A DNA stretch of 40,100 bases from Mitosporidium daphniae (Eukaryota). This document shows, piece after piece, positions 1-9,443 of this stretch. The first letter of the stretch is position 1. Every line of letters begins with the position of its first letter. Both the position numbers and the translations under genes were made by a program. Below the pieces are notes generated by a model that searched no databases, was not told the DNA's origin, and saw only the letters and a list, made by a program, of their open reading frames with translations. The DNA lies in NCBI RefSeq assembly GCF_000760515.2, contig NW_013546445.1:1-40100 (forward strand), read 5' to 3'.

Positions 1-608
1 TGAATATTATTAATATCATCCAGCGTAAATTGAAACTTTCTCCCAATAATTTGCCCAGAAAGCCATGTTTCAATGTCAAAGTTACATTCATCCCATTCGG
101 ATACCGTTTTGGACAGCTCAAAGGACGAACTGCTTTGCATTTTCAAGGTGGCCTCAATAGTATTCAACGAAAGATCTACATGCTCGAAGGATATCTTTAC
201 AACAAACTTGGGCTTTGCAGCATAGCTGTCAACGCCAATGGGCATATTTATGGCCTCTTGAACCCCCAAATAGTATACGTCGGAGAATAGGGACGTATAT
301 TTAGAACTGTTCGAAGGAAAGTAAACTGGATCCAAATCATAGGAAACACATTGTTCCTTAAATCCAAAAAGGTTGAGTGGATCGGAAAGATGTTCTTTTT
401 GAGATATAAACTCCTGCAGATCTTTGCAGAATGAGATGGTCTTAAAATATGATTTGGCAAGTCGGCTATCAACCGCTCTTTTATCTACAAATACATGCTT
501 TTCTGTCTCCGATGTATCCTCTGAATGTTCTTCGAAAGGGTATGGGAAATTTGATTTGATTTTTAGCTTTTTGGCCTCAATAGATGCGTTAATATGTGTG
601 GATTTCAT
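1..608 (-). CDS. GID4: GID4/Vid24-like substrate receptor of the GID/CTLH E3 ligase (3' end runs off the window)
   Basis: Open frame from ATG at 608 to the window edge; absent from the ORF track because it has no stop. Translation contains YLGVQ...KFVVKISFEHVDLSLNTIEATLKM...IETWLSGQIIGRKFQFT, matching the Vid24/GID4 pattern (G.Q...V.i.hVD....l.g.L...T..eGeIIG.ky.F.T). Confidence 0.65.
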   Translation of the reverse strand, partial: MKSTHINASIEAKKLKIKSNFPYPFEEHSEDTSETEKHVFVDKRAVDSRLAKSYFKTISFCKDLQEFISQKEHLSDPLNLFGFKEQCVSYDLDPVYFPSNSSKYTSLFSDVYYLGVQEAINMPIGVDSYAAKPKFVVKISFEHVDLSLNTIEATLKMQSSSSFELSKTVSEWDECNFDIETWLSGQIIGRKFQFTLDDINNI

Positions 609-730
609 CGGATAATCAACAAAGCAATGTCAAGCCTATTTTAGTGACATTCAACAGGTTGAATTCCATTTGACCAATTAGTGGGACCAATGGAAAAGAT
701 CAAAATTTACTGATTTATAAATAATTAAAT

Positions 731-1899
731 TTAGCTTTGGAAGCACAGTAGCTTTCGCCTCTCTGCTCTATTTGGTAATCCGCTTTTTGCTAGTGCTGGA
801 GGGTGCCTTTTCTTTGTTTTCTCGGATTTTTTTAAAGGAAGCGATGGTATTTCATCAACAGATTTCTTTGCTCGTTTTACAGGGCTATTACCTTGACTGC
901 CCCTCTTTTGTTGGAGCTTGATGTCTACCCTCTTTGGCTGGGACTTGATGTCTTTAAATTTTTTATCAGAATCACTTTTACATTTAGAAACCCTTAATGA
1001 CCGGCCATCCAACACAAATATCGGGTTCTTCGCAGAAGATACCAAGCCAAGAACAAACTTTGCCGAATTACAATCCTACCATTTGAGAAAAATGACATGC
1101 CTTAAATTCAATGTACCCTACGCCCTTGCAATCTTGCGATTTGGAATCTCTTATTAGTCGAATTCTGGTAATAGATGTACACGAATTTGCTTCAAAAACT
1201 GCACGCAATGCATCTTCGCTCGCAGTCCTGGGAATATTTCCAATAAAAAGCGTTTTAGATTCATCAAATTTCTACTATGAGAGTGTTAAAATTTACCGAT
1301 CCGCTAAGCCCGTGCTCTGAGGCATGATCTGCCCTTAAATGCATCTCTTGGAATACCTTACCGTTTATCATTGTAACAGCGTCATCAAGCAATACCCCAC
1401 AATTCTCCAAGAAGCGCACATATGCAATAACGGACTGATGCGAAGGATTGAGCAACTTTTTTGAAATTGCAACCTTTTTTGGAAGTGGTGCTTTGCCATC
1501 TTTCATAGAAGAAGACAATACAGGTAGGCATCTGAATCTGATAGACTCGATAGCATTGGTGGTGCTTCCTATCCATACTGCCAATTGCTTAATAAATCTT
1601 TGTTTCATAGACTCATGAAGAGCGCAAGCCAATGGTACATTTGCAATAAAGATTGTATTTACAGTAAATCGGTCCGAATTATTCCCAGAATCACCAGTAA
1701 AGCCAGAAGGAGTGTCGGAACTGGGGCCAATCACAGCACTATTATCCTGGGGTTTGATTGCCTGTAGATATTCTTGAATTTTAGAATCAGACATCGAACA
1801 AGTAAGGTTGGGCTTTTCCCCATCACCAGTTTCAAATAACTTGCACAGTTCAGAATCAACCATAGACTCCGTGAGAGGGGTGGACTTTGGGGTTTTCAT
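731..1899 (-). CDS. NOP12: Nucleolar two-RRM protein Nop12/RBM34
   Basis: Exons 1899-1297, 1271-1101, 1075-731 (25-nt GT-AG intron, then 25-nt GC-AG intron). RRM1: TIFIANVP...IESIRFR...AYVRF...NGKVFQEMHLRAD. RRM2: TLFIGNIP...RLIRDSKSQDCKGVGYIEFK...LDGRSLRVSKCK. Basic tail. Confidence 0.8.
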
Positions 1900-1956
1900 T
1901 AATTAATTTCACCAAAAAATAATTTCCAATTTAACTTTCAATAAACTTTAAGGGTC

Positions 1957-2817
1957 ATGAATGTCAACAATAGCTACAAGTCTATCTCTCAATCCTCCAT
2001 CCTTAATTTGAAGGCAGAGCTTTTTAAAAAAAAGGCGTCCATTCAGCAAGTTTCCAATGCCAATTTAAATCAGGATCTCTATTTTTCAGTGAAGCCCAAA
2101 GTTTCGCCATCTCCTGTTGAAGAAGCTCAAATACCACCGCCAAAAAAAAGCGGCCCCCCACTGGAAAAGCCTCTCAATGAAAAGATCAAGTTGTCTCTCA
2201 ATATGAAGGCGGAAAAATACCGCAAGCTTTTGTTAAAATCGACATATGAAGATTACGAGCCACTAGAGGAAGATTCTCTTGTCGATTTTTCAAGAATGCC
2301 AGTTGAAGACACAGAAAAACTGCTTTCTCGTCTAATCAGGGAAGAAGAAAACAACGAGGAAGTAATCCACTCTCAGGGTCCTCAACATATCCTCACATTT
2401 GACGATCCACTTGAGGAAGTTATTGATGAATTTGGAAGGACGCGGATGGTCCCCCGTCATGAGGCCATTAGGATAAAACATGAGCAGGATGTGCATGGAA
2501 ATTCTCCAATCCCCCTCAGCATGAGTCCAATGGTACAAGATGAGTACAAACCAGTTCAAAATGCCCATTATTCTGAGGACTTTGAAATTCGAACCAAGTC
2601 CGTATTCTTCTACAGGTTTTCTGCCAACGAGGACATGCGACAAGAGCAAATGAAGGCCCTCCGTGCGCTTGAATCGCTATCTGATACACAAAGAGCTGCC
2701 GTGCAACAAGCAAAAAGACTCGATTTGCACCGACGAGCAAATCGTAAAGAAATTATTTTGAGTAAGAGGCAAGAATTTATCTCCTTGATGTGCGTGCACC
2801 CCTTAACTGAAGTATGA
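1957..2817 (+). CDS. CCDC174: CCDC174/DUF4078-family protein
   Basis: SSILNLKAELFKKK N-terminus, DEFGRTR, HYSEDFEIRTKSVFFYRFS...RQEQMKAL match the CCDC174 family. Confidence 0.75.
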   Translation: MNVNNSYKSISQSSILNLKAELFKKKASIQQVSNANLNQDLYFSVKPKVSPSPVEEAQIPPPKKSGPPLEKPLNEKIKLSLNMKAEKYRKLLLKSTYEDYEPLEEDSLVDFSRMPVEDTEKLLSRLIREEENNEEVIHSQGPQHILTFDDPLEEVIDEFGRTRMVPRHEAIRIKHEQDVHGNSPIPLSMSPMVQDEYKPVQNAHYSEDFEIRTKSVFFYRFSANEDMRQEQMKALRALESLSDTQRAAVQQAKRLDLHRRANRKEIILSKRQEFISLMCVHPLTEV

Positions 2818-2985
2818 TGAGCCTCGCTTCTTCAAATTTCGATTTTCTGTGCAATTCTTGTTTTGGACGGAATTTCGTGCCCTGCTGAAACTAAAATTTT
2901 ACCACCCCAGCTACTGTTTATGCAACGGATTGTGGCCACTTCAATAATACATATATATGGAGCATTTTATTTAAAAATAGCAAGA

Positions 2986-4101
2986 CTATTTTCTTCGTTT
3001 AATATCAATGTAGACATCCATAAGCTGCTCCAGGGCTGCTTTAATTGAACCCCATGCTCTGACTGAGCTGCTATCATCACAAGAATCTAAAATATCGAGC
3101 ATTCCCCTTTGAAGCTCTGAACGGAGTTTCGAGGCATCGTCGACGCCAGATTGAAGAAAAATAAACTTTGCAAAATGCTCTGATGAAACCAAAACATCAT
3201 CCGAGTCTGCAAGTTTCTTGGAATTGTATACATTGATAAGGGTAGATATGAGGAATTTTTTTTCTGCTTCTGGCATGCGGTTTAATACCACCTCGAGGTT
3301 AGTTGCTCCAGAAACCATTTTTATTGAGGAGCTTGTTTCTGAGATCGTATCAATAGAATCAAGGCCTACCGAAGCTTGGTCTGAGACGTCATGCTCACAA
3401 TTACCGCCAAAAAGTTGTTCAGCAAACTTGATCGAAGATTGATCTTCATATTCATTTTCATCTTTGTCTTGCCCATCATAAAGTTCCATCGTGCTTGGTG
3501 TCATACAGATGGCGGTTGGTATTATGTTTGTCGCTGAATTGATGGCGATATCTTCGATTTCTACTGTTTTAGCCGCGTCTGAATGTTGAACCCATTGAGA
3601 TCCTTTTATGTCTTTAATTTGAGGAACAATCGACTGTTGAGGTAATTGTAGGGTAGGCTCAATAGTTGTAAAATTTGATAAGATTGGGGTACTCATTTGT
3701 TGGGTAACAGTGACGGTCGAAACAACACTGTAACTACCTCGATCCCAGAACCTCCACCATGGAACGTAGGGTCTGGAATTGTCAACAAGTGGTAGGCTAG
3801 CTGTTTGAGTTTCAATCGACTCTTCTGGCTTAACAGGGGGCGTTTGTACAGGCGGAAACTTTGAGGGCGGAAACGGGCTTGTTATTTCATCCACAGTAGG
3901 CTTTTCCGGAGCTGGCGAAATTGAATCTGCGATCGGGAAACAGTTTTCCCCAATGGCGTGGCTATTATCGCTAGCGTCCTTGCTTCCTGAGAGTTGGTCG
4001 TTGTCCGCAAAAAATTCCACGAAATTGTGATGAGGATACACCACTCTGGCAAATGAGGAAAAACTTGCAATTAGTAAAAGTGATTTTGCGGGATACTTCA
4101 T
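2986..4101 (-). CDS. Orphan protein with probable signal peptide, Pro/Ser/Thr-rich and acidic
   Basis: 371-aa intronless ORF. N-terminus MKYPAKSLLLIASFSSFA, Pro-rich segment, helical-looking C-terminus. No family recognised. Confidence 0.7.
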   Translation of the reverse strand: MKYPAKSLLLIASFSSFARVVYPHHNFVEFFADNDQLSGSKDASDNSHAIGENCFPIADSISPAPEKPTVDEITSPFPPSKFPPVQTPPVKPEESIETQTASLPLVDNSRPYVPWWRFWDRGSYSVVSTVTVTQQMSTPILSNFTTIEPTLQLPQQSIVPQIKDIKGSQWVQHSDAAKTVEIEDIAINSATNIIPTAICMTPSTMELYDGQDKDENEYEDQSSIKFAEQLFGGNCEHDVSDQASVGLDSIDTISETSSSIKMVSGATNLEVVLNRMPEAEKKFLISTLINVYNSKKLADSDDVLVSSEHFAKFIFLQSGVDDASKLRSELQRGMLDILDSCDDSSSVRAWGSIKAALEQLMDVYIDIKRRK

Positions 4102-4240
4102 CGTAAGTCTCGATTACATCTCCGCATCATTTATAAGGATGCATTCATGATCCTCGGTTGCAATAACAACAACAGCGCGTCCCTTGATTTGATGGTTGCA
4201 TTTCAAACTGATTTTAAATTCAATTTTCTTTATTAGTGCT

Positions 4241-4792
4241 CTATTGACCCACTGTTGGGGAGGGGTCACCGGTTACAAGCGGATCATTTGGCAATGTTTG
4301 GGTTAGGGTTTGGGGCTCTTCATTTGGATAGTTATTGTAACAGTTAACAGGCCCCACCACTTTTTTATATGGGGAATTACACCCGTTCAAATGCATTTGA
4401 TCTACACCGTTATATAAAGGATCATGGCCGAAATTACACATGGTTTGATAATGTGGTGGTCTAGGTTGGTTTACAAATGGGTTTGGACACACTTTTTCCT
4501 TCTTTGGAGAAAGTTGTTGATGCTCCACTCTGATGAAGGTAGGCTGATCATTATTCTCGGACGTGGTTTTGAAAACCTCTTCACAATTGAATCTAATAGT
4601 ATTATTTTTATGATTAACCACAATTGGAGCCTCCTTGCAAATTTTCCGATTGTCGTATTGATTATTGTAGATGTCAGAGCCAGAGCCAGAGCCAGAGTTC
4701 AGAAGAGAGGAGCATGGATTCATGCAAGTATTAGCGGAGGCGGTGGTAGCAAGAACGGCAGAACAGAAAAGGGAAGCGGTTATTAATTTCAT
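4241..4792 (-). CDS. Small secreted Cys/Asn/Pro-rich orphan protein
   Basis: 183-aa intronless ORF. Clear signal peptide MKLITASLFCSAVLATTASA, 8 Cys in the mature part, GSGSGS linker. Confidence 0.75.
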   Translation of the reverse strand: MKLITASLFCSAVLATTASANTCMNPCSSLLNSGSGSGSDIYNNQYDNRKICKEAPIVVNHKNNTIRFNCEEVFKTTSENNDQPTFIRVEHQQLSPKKEKVCPNPFVNQPRPPHYQTMCNFGHDPLYNGVDQMHLNGCNSPYKKVVGPVNCYNNYPNEEPQTLTQTLPNDPLVTGDPSPTVGQ

Positions 4793-5008
4793 GTCTTTTA
4801 GCTTTATTCCTCAATTTTCACTTGTTTATATTTGCAGCAATTTTTGTCCATTGGCATGAATCCCAACCAGTACAATGTAGATATGCTTTCTATTCGTATT
4901 TTCTGCGTCAATTTCATTGGTCTTTAATTTGAAAATTTTGATTGGCAAATGCTTATGTCAAGTAGCATTCGCATGAAATTCAATTTAATTAGCTACATTT
5001 TAGTTTAG

Positions 5009-6385
5009 ATGAACGATCGATTGGCTAATTGCCCCCATCAAGCAAAAAGCGGCAATTATATCGAGAATGGTACGATTTCGATTGCCAGCAATTCGATCAA
5101 AAGGGACGAAATATCTTGGATCTATCTAGTGGTTTATTTGCTTTCGATTGTGTTCATTATATGCTCATTTGTTTTTATGAATGTGGGACAATCTTTTTTA
5201 ATTAGAGAACTCGATGCAAATGCAGATGTTCCATCTGATGCAATGAGCCTGGTTTTTTATGATGAGGTTCTTGCAATCATTCTGATCGGCATTTGGGGGC
5301 ATACCTCTGATAGGTTTGGCCGTAGATTAATTTATGCTACTGGATTTTCGCTCATCATGCTTTCAATGCTTTTGTGTTCTGTTGCTGCCAAAACGATATT
5401 TCCGGTCACCTTTTTTTCTTTCTTTTCTAGTCTTCTAGCATTTAGATTGCTATTTTCCATTGGTTGTTCAATGGTCGCCTCACTTATGACCGCTTTTCTT
5501 TCTGATATAGCGCCGCCAGAGTCCACGGGGCGCCTTGCTGGCCTGGTTGGAATAGCGTCGTGTATTGGTGGCCTGACTGGGGCAATCTTTTTCCCCTTGT
5601 TTCCCATCCGAATCGGCTATTTTGCATTAGCAATGTTTCTTGGGTTGTTGTCTATTTTGATCTTTTGCTTTTTTTCTGATTGTTCCTTGCCTTCATCGTG
5701 CACTCTTTCTCAGGCGAAGCGGCTTGGAATAAGAGAAATAATTTGTGTAACCTTGAGAGCCAGTAAGAGCGACAAGAATATTTTCCTCTCATACTTGAAT
5801 TCAATTGTATCTCGCTCGGTCTCAATGATAAATACGACGCTTCTTGAATCCTGGGTTTCTTCATACCTTTCTCAGTCGCCGGGACCAAATTCCAGCAAGT
5901 CTGTCGTGATTCGGCTAAATGGGACCTTGCAAGGAACTTCCCTTTTAATGGCCCCTATTTTTGGAATTATTTCATCGCGAATTTCTCCAGCTGCGGCAAC
6001 ACTTATTGCCGCAATGTTGGGGTCCATCGGTGATTTTCTGATGGTTTTCTTTGCTCAAAATCCAACTTCAAACTCGCAAATCGGCGTAATGTTTCTCAAA
6101 GGCGCTGGCCAGATTGGGTTGATCGTTTCAGGGATGGCCCTAGCATCTAGACATTCCCCTAAGGAGCTTAGGGGCGCCGTATCTGGAGCATACGGGTTTT
6201 TTGGTGCATTTGGCATCATTCTAAACTCCCAACTTGCCAAATGGGTGGGCGCATCTTCCGCGTTAAATCCATTTTTGTTGCTGTTATCATGGGAAACTCT
6301 TTTAGCCTTCTTTGCCCTTGCTGTGATGCTCCAGACCAAGGAAAAGCGGCACAGTGGCACAAAAAAGTGCAGCATACAAATATAA
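5009..6385 (+). CDS. Major facilitator superfamily transporter
   Basis: 458 aa with about 12 hydrophobic segments. MFS motif A GHTSDRFGRR; P..LRGAVSG in the second half. Confidence 0.9.
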   Translation: MNDRLANCPHQAKSGNYIENGTISIASNSIKRDEISWIYLVVYLLSIVFIICSFVFMNVGQSFLIRELDANADVPSDAMSLVFYDEVLAIILIGIWGHTSDRFGRRLIYATGFSLIMLSMLLCSVAAKTIFPVTFFSFFSSLLAFRLLFSIGCSMVASLMTAFLSDIAPPESTGRLAGLVGIASCIGGLTGAIFFPLFPIRIGYFALAMFLGLLSILIFCFFSDCSLPSSCTLSQAKRLGIREIICVTLRASKSDKNIFLSYLNSIVSRSVSMINTTLLESWVSSYLSQSPGPNSSKSVVIRLNGTLQGTSLLMAPIFGIISSRISPAAATLIAAMLGSIGDFLMVFFAQNPTSNSQIGVMFLKGAGQIGLIVSGMALASRHSPKELRGAVSGAYGFFGAFGIILNSQLAKWVGASSALNPFLLLLSWETLLAFFALAVMLQTKEKRHSGTKKCSIQI

Positions 6386-6436
6386 TACCGATGAGATTTA
6401 TTTATTTCCAATAAGGAGGGGAATCATCTATTGGGG

Positions 6437-7078
6437 CTAGGGCATTACATTTGGATCTACAAAGCAGTTGGGAAAGGAGAATGCATCTGAAATTCCAACA
6501 ATGGAGCTGTCTCCAAAGTTGTTACTGTAATCTCCATCATCAGATGAATTTAAATGTATCTTTACAAGGACAACCAGAGGAGACTCGACCGCCAGTAATG
6601 ATGTATCAGACCAGGGGTAAAACGCAATTTTATCTCGGAATAGGAAATATATGTTTGCTGCGTTCACACTATCATCATCGTCGGTTTGATCAGATTTACG
6701 TTGCGTATCTCCTGGAAGCTCTTCAATAATTATTGGGAAACGCGGTAAAATTAATTTCCAGGCCGAAGAATCAGAAAGCTCGCGCTTTGGTGCGATAAAT
6801 ACCTCATAATATGAGATTTGGCCTATTTCGGACAGCGGAAAATAGCCTATCAGGTTCCAAGTAATCATGACGTAGTCATTGCAACCAAGATGATCTGCCA
6901 CAGTGGCCTGCGGAGGTGATACATAGAACAAGAAACGATTTTCGCCATCAGATATTCTCAAATTCTGCTTTCTTTTAATCGTTTGAGGAATGGCGTTGGT
7001 GATATTAAAAGAAAAAAAGGCCGACAAACCAATCGCCAAAACAATGACAAAGGCCCTCATGACAGTCATTAGAAGCAT
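6437..7078 (-). CDS. Orphan protein with signal peptide or signal anchor
   Basis: 213-aa intronless ORF with hydrophobic N-terminus (AFVIVLAIGLSAFFSF) and a beta-rich-looking body. No family recognised. Confidence 0.65.
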   Translation of the reverse strand: MLLMTVMRAFVIVLAIGLSAFFSFNITNAIPQTIKRKQNLRISDGENRFLFYVSPPQATVADHLGCNDYVMITWNLIGYFPLSEIGQISYYEVFIAPKRELSDSSAWKLILPRFPIIIEELPGDTQRKSDQTDDDDSVNAANIYFLFRDKIAFYPWSDTSLLAVESPLVVLVKIHLNSSDDGDYSNNFGDSSIVGISDAFSFPNCFVDPNVMP

Positions 7079-7216
7079 TAAAATTCGCTACCAAATATGG
7101 CATTCATGTACCGCATCGATAAACTCCGATGCCGCAGAAAATCAAATCAATAAGAGGCATTGATGCAGATCAAATCCAAAATCCAAAATATTGCTGATCA
7201 AAATTTGAAAATCCTA

Positions 7217-8156
7217 TCAATCTGACTCTGCATCCGAAATGACGAAAGGATTTTTTTGCGATCCAATGTTGGCTTTTTGAAGATCAAGAGTTTGGGGTCT
7301 TTTCGCCTGACCATCTGTGACACTTTGACCATCAAAGATACCGGCTTTCCCTTTGGTCTCATCTTCCGCTACTATGAAGGGCTTCGAGGCACTGTCATTG
7401 AGAGTCCGTAATTGCCGTTCCCTAAAGACGGGCATTTTACCGTTGCTTCCCAAAATACGACCAGGAAAATAAGGGACAATTTTGTTGTGTTTTCTTTCTT
7501 TTGCATTTGATTTAGCGGGTTTAAATGGCTCAGAAATCTTTACAAAGGTGCCTCCACAAGCTTCAAGATGGCTTTTGAACCAAGAATCGGCTTTTTGAGG
7601 TTCTCTATTCATCGCTCGCCTTACCCATCCATAAAATGGAGGCCTTTCCCTGCATATGCCAGAGCATCGCCAAATGTGCCTTTTGTAGTAATTTACCTCT
7701 CCATGGAAAGAGTGATACACGGTAATATTTGAATTTGCCGCAACATTAATGGCCCTCATAAGAGCTTGGAAATCCGGGCCATGTCCGTCTCTATCTGTAG
7801 ATCGAGCAGCAACAAATAAGTAGGCGTGAATCATTTCGTGCTAAAAATTAAGTGTTTTCTCATACCAACAGGGTATCTTTTAGGTCTTCCACTGGCCTAA
7901 ATTTCAAAATAGGCTCAGATAGCTTAATTGTGCAAGATCCTGTCCGTCTGTGGTAGCAACATAAGCCTGCACACAGTGTCATTTTCGAGGACCATTTTAC
8001 CGTGACAGAGCTTAGTTTCCCTTCAAAATACAATCCGTTGTATTCGAGAAAAAGATCGTAAATCGATGGAAATGCATCGGGATGTACCTCATTTCTAGGG
8101 GAATGCTTGAAGAAATCCTTGTCATTATTGGAAGAGGCAAGCACGGTTTTGTTCAT
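7217..8156 (-). CDS. SPRTN: SprT-family (Spartan/DVC1) DNA-protein crosslink metalloprotease
   Basis: A 25-nt intron (7841-7865) joins DTLL|HEMIHAYLF (HExxH). Also WSSKMTLCAGLC, IKLSEPILKFRP, HGPDF, ITVYHSFH, and a zinc-binding domain HIWRCSGIC..PPFYGWVRRAMNREP..H...CGGTFVKI. Confidence 0.92.
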
Positions 8157-8187
8157 CGATTTTATTTAAAATTTGGTAACCATTGAA

Positions 8188-9117
8188 TTAATTAAAACTT
8201 GTGTCGTCGTCGATAATGTCACTTGACACCGTAGTCGTTTGAGCTGCTCTTGATTTCCTCTTTTTGCACAGGGTAGCCAACTGACATTCCTTGACATCCT
8301 TGATAGAGGACGAAACAGAAGAAAAGCTCGGGAGATTGGCAGCTGGGTATATTGAAGCTGTTGGTTTGGGGCAAGTCGAAGGGGGTAGGGGACATCCCAC
8401 TTCCTCATCAACCACAAACGTTGTCCAAGCAAAGGTTTGAACGTTGGTTTTGGTTTGCGTCAACGGAACATAATCTGTACGAACAACACTAAACGTGGTT
8501 GGGACAGCCAGTGTGGCAACCTCATAAACAACAGAAACTCTTTCAATCGGTGCAATGTGGTTGGCCTTTGTAATGATCTTTCCCGTCTGCCCACGACGCA
8601 GAAATACCTTTCCCTTGGTACAGCAAGTTGTTTGCACTGGTTCCGGGACCACAGAGACACAAGCACATGATTTTTGCACGATTTTCTGGGGTATAGCTGG
8701 CGCTTCACAGGCCACCGAAGGCGAAGGCTCAACAGCAGGGGGCGGGGCCACGGAAACGCATTGTTGAGTTGGGGTTTCTGACTGAACTTTATTTGGTTCC
8801 AAAGAGCAATTAGAAGGTTGCGTAGGTAGTGGAATACGCGAAACCATTGTGAGAAGCCTTAATGGCTGTTGCGGTCGTTGTTGCGGCTCAAAACACCGTT
8901 TATCTTCTTTGATGGGTTCTTCCGCTTTCTTTGGAGCGATTGAATTTTCACATTCACAAACCGACGGGGCCTTGTTTGAAAGCACAGGTGATATAAGGGG
9001 GCATCCGCTAGAGGAATCAACCGACAACGTAGCATCGTAAACACTCGCCGATTTACATGCTACAAGAAGCGAAAAAAATATAAGAAAAGATAGATACATG
9101 TTTATGCAGATGCACAT
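8188..9117 (-). CDS. Secreted Pro/Cys/Thr-rich orphan protein (start may be ATG 9099)
   Basis: 309-aa intronless ORF. Signal peptide MYLSFLIFFSLLVACKS, 16-18 Cys, Pro/Gln-rich middle, Thr/Val-rich segment. Confidence 0.75.
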   Translation of the reverse strand: MCICINMYLSFLIFFSLLVACKSASVYDATLSVDSSSGCPLISPVLSNKAPSVCECENSIAPKKAEEPIKEDKRCFEPQQRPQQPLRLLTMVSRIPLPTQPSNCSLEPNKVQSETPTQQCVSVAPPPAVEPSPSVACEAPAIPQKIVQKSCACVSVVPEPVQTTCCTKGKVFLRRGQTGKIITKANHIAPIERVSVVYEVATLAVPTTFSVVRTDYVPLTQTKTNVQTFAWTTFVVDEEVGCPLPPSTCPKPTASIYPAANLPSFSSVSSSIKDVKECQLATLCKKRKSRAAQTTTVSSDIIDDDTSFN

Positions 9118-9443
9118 GGCTGTGAGTTATTCCATCATAAGTATGGATTGTTGAGGTGGCGTTTCAAGCGAGTTTCCAGTAGAAACATTTGAGTGCCTGA
9201 AAAAATGTCCAATTGAAATGCGAGTGTCCAAATTTTAATTGCATTTCGGCGTTACACTTTAAAAGATCATAACATGACACGGCCTTCACAAAAAACCACC
9301 ACCATTCGTGATTTGGCATCAGCCAATTGGAACAAAATTTAATGTTTAGCAAGCAATTTCCGGAATTGGGTTGATATTGATATTTGGCATAACTTTTACA
9401 AACTTCACGCACCAAGCTCGAGGCATCGAAGATTCCATCTGAA

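Noticed and set aside
9342..9443. Upstream ATG in frame with BCKDH (MFSKQFPELG*)
   Set aside because: In-frame stops intervene and no GT/GC-AG intron restores the frame. At most a short uORF, with no further support.
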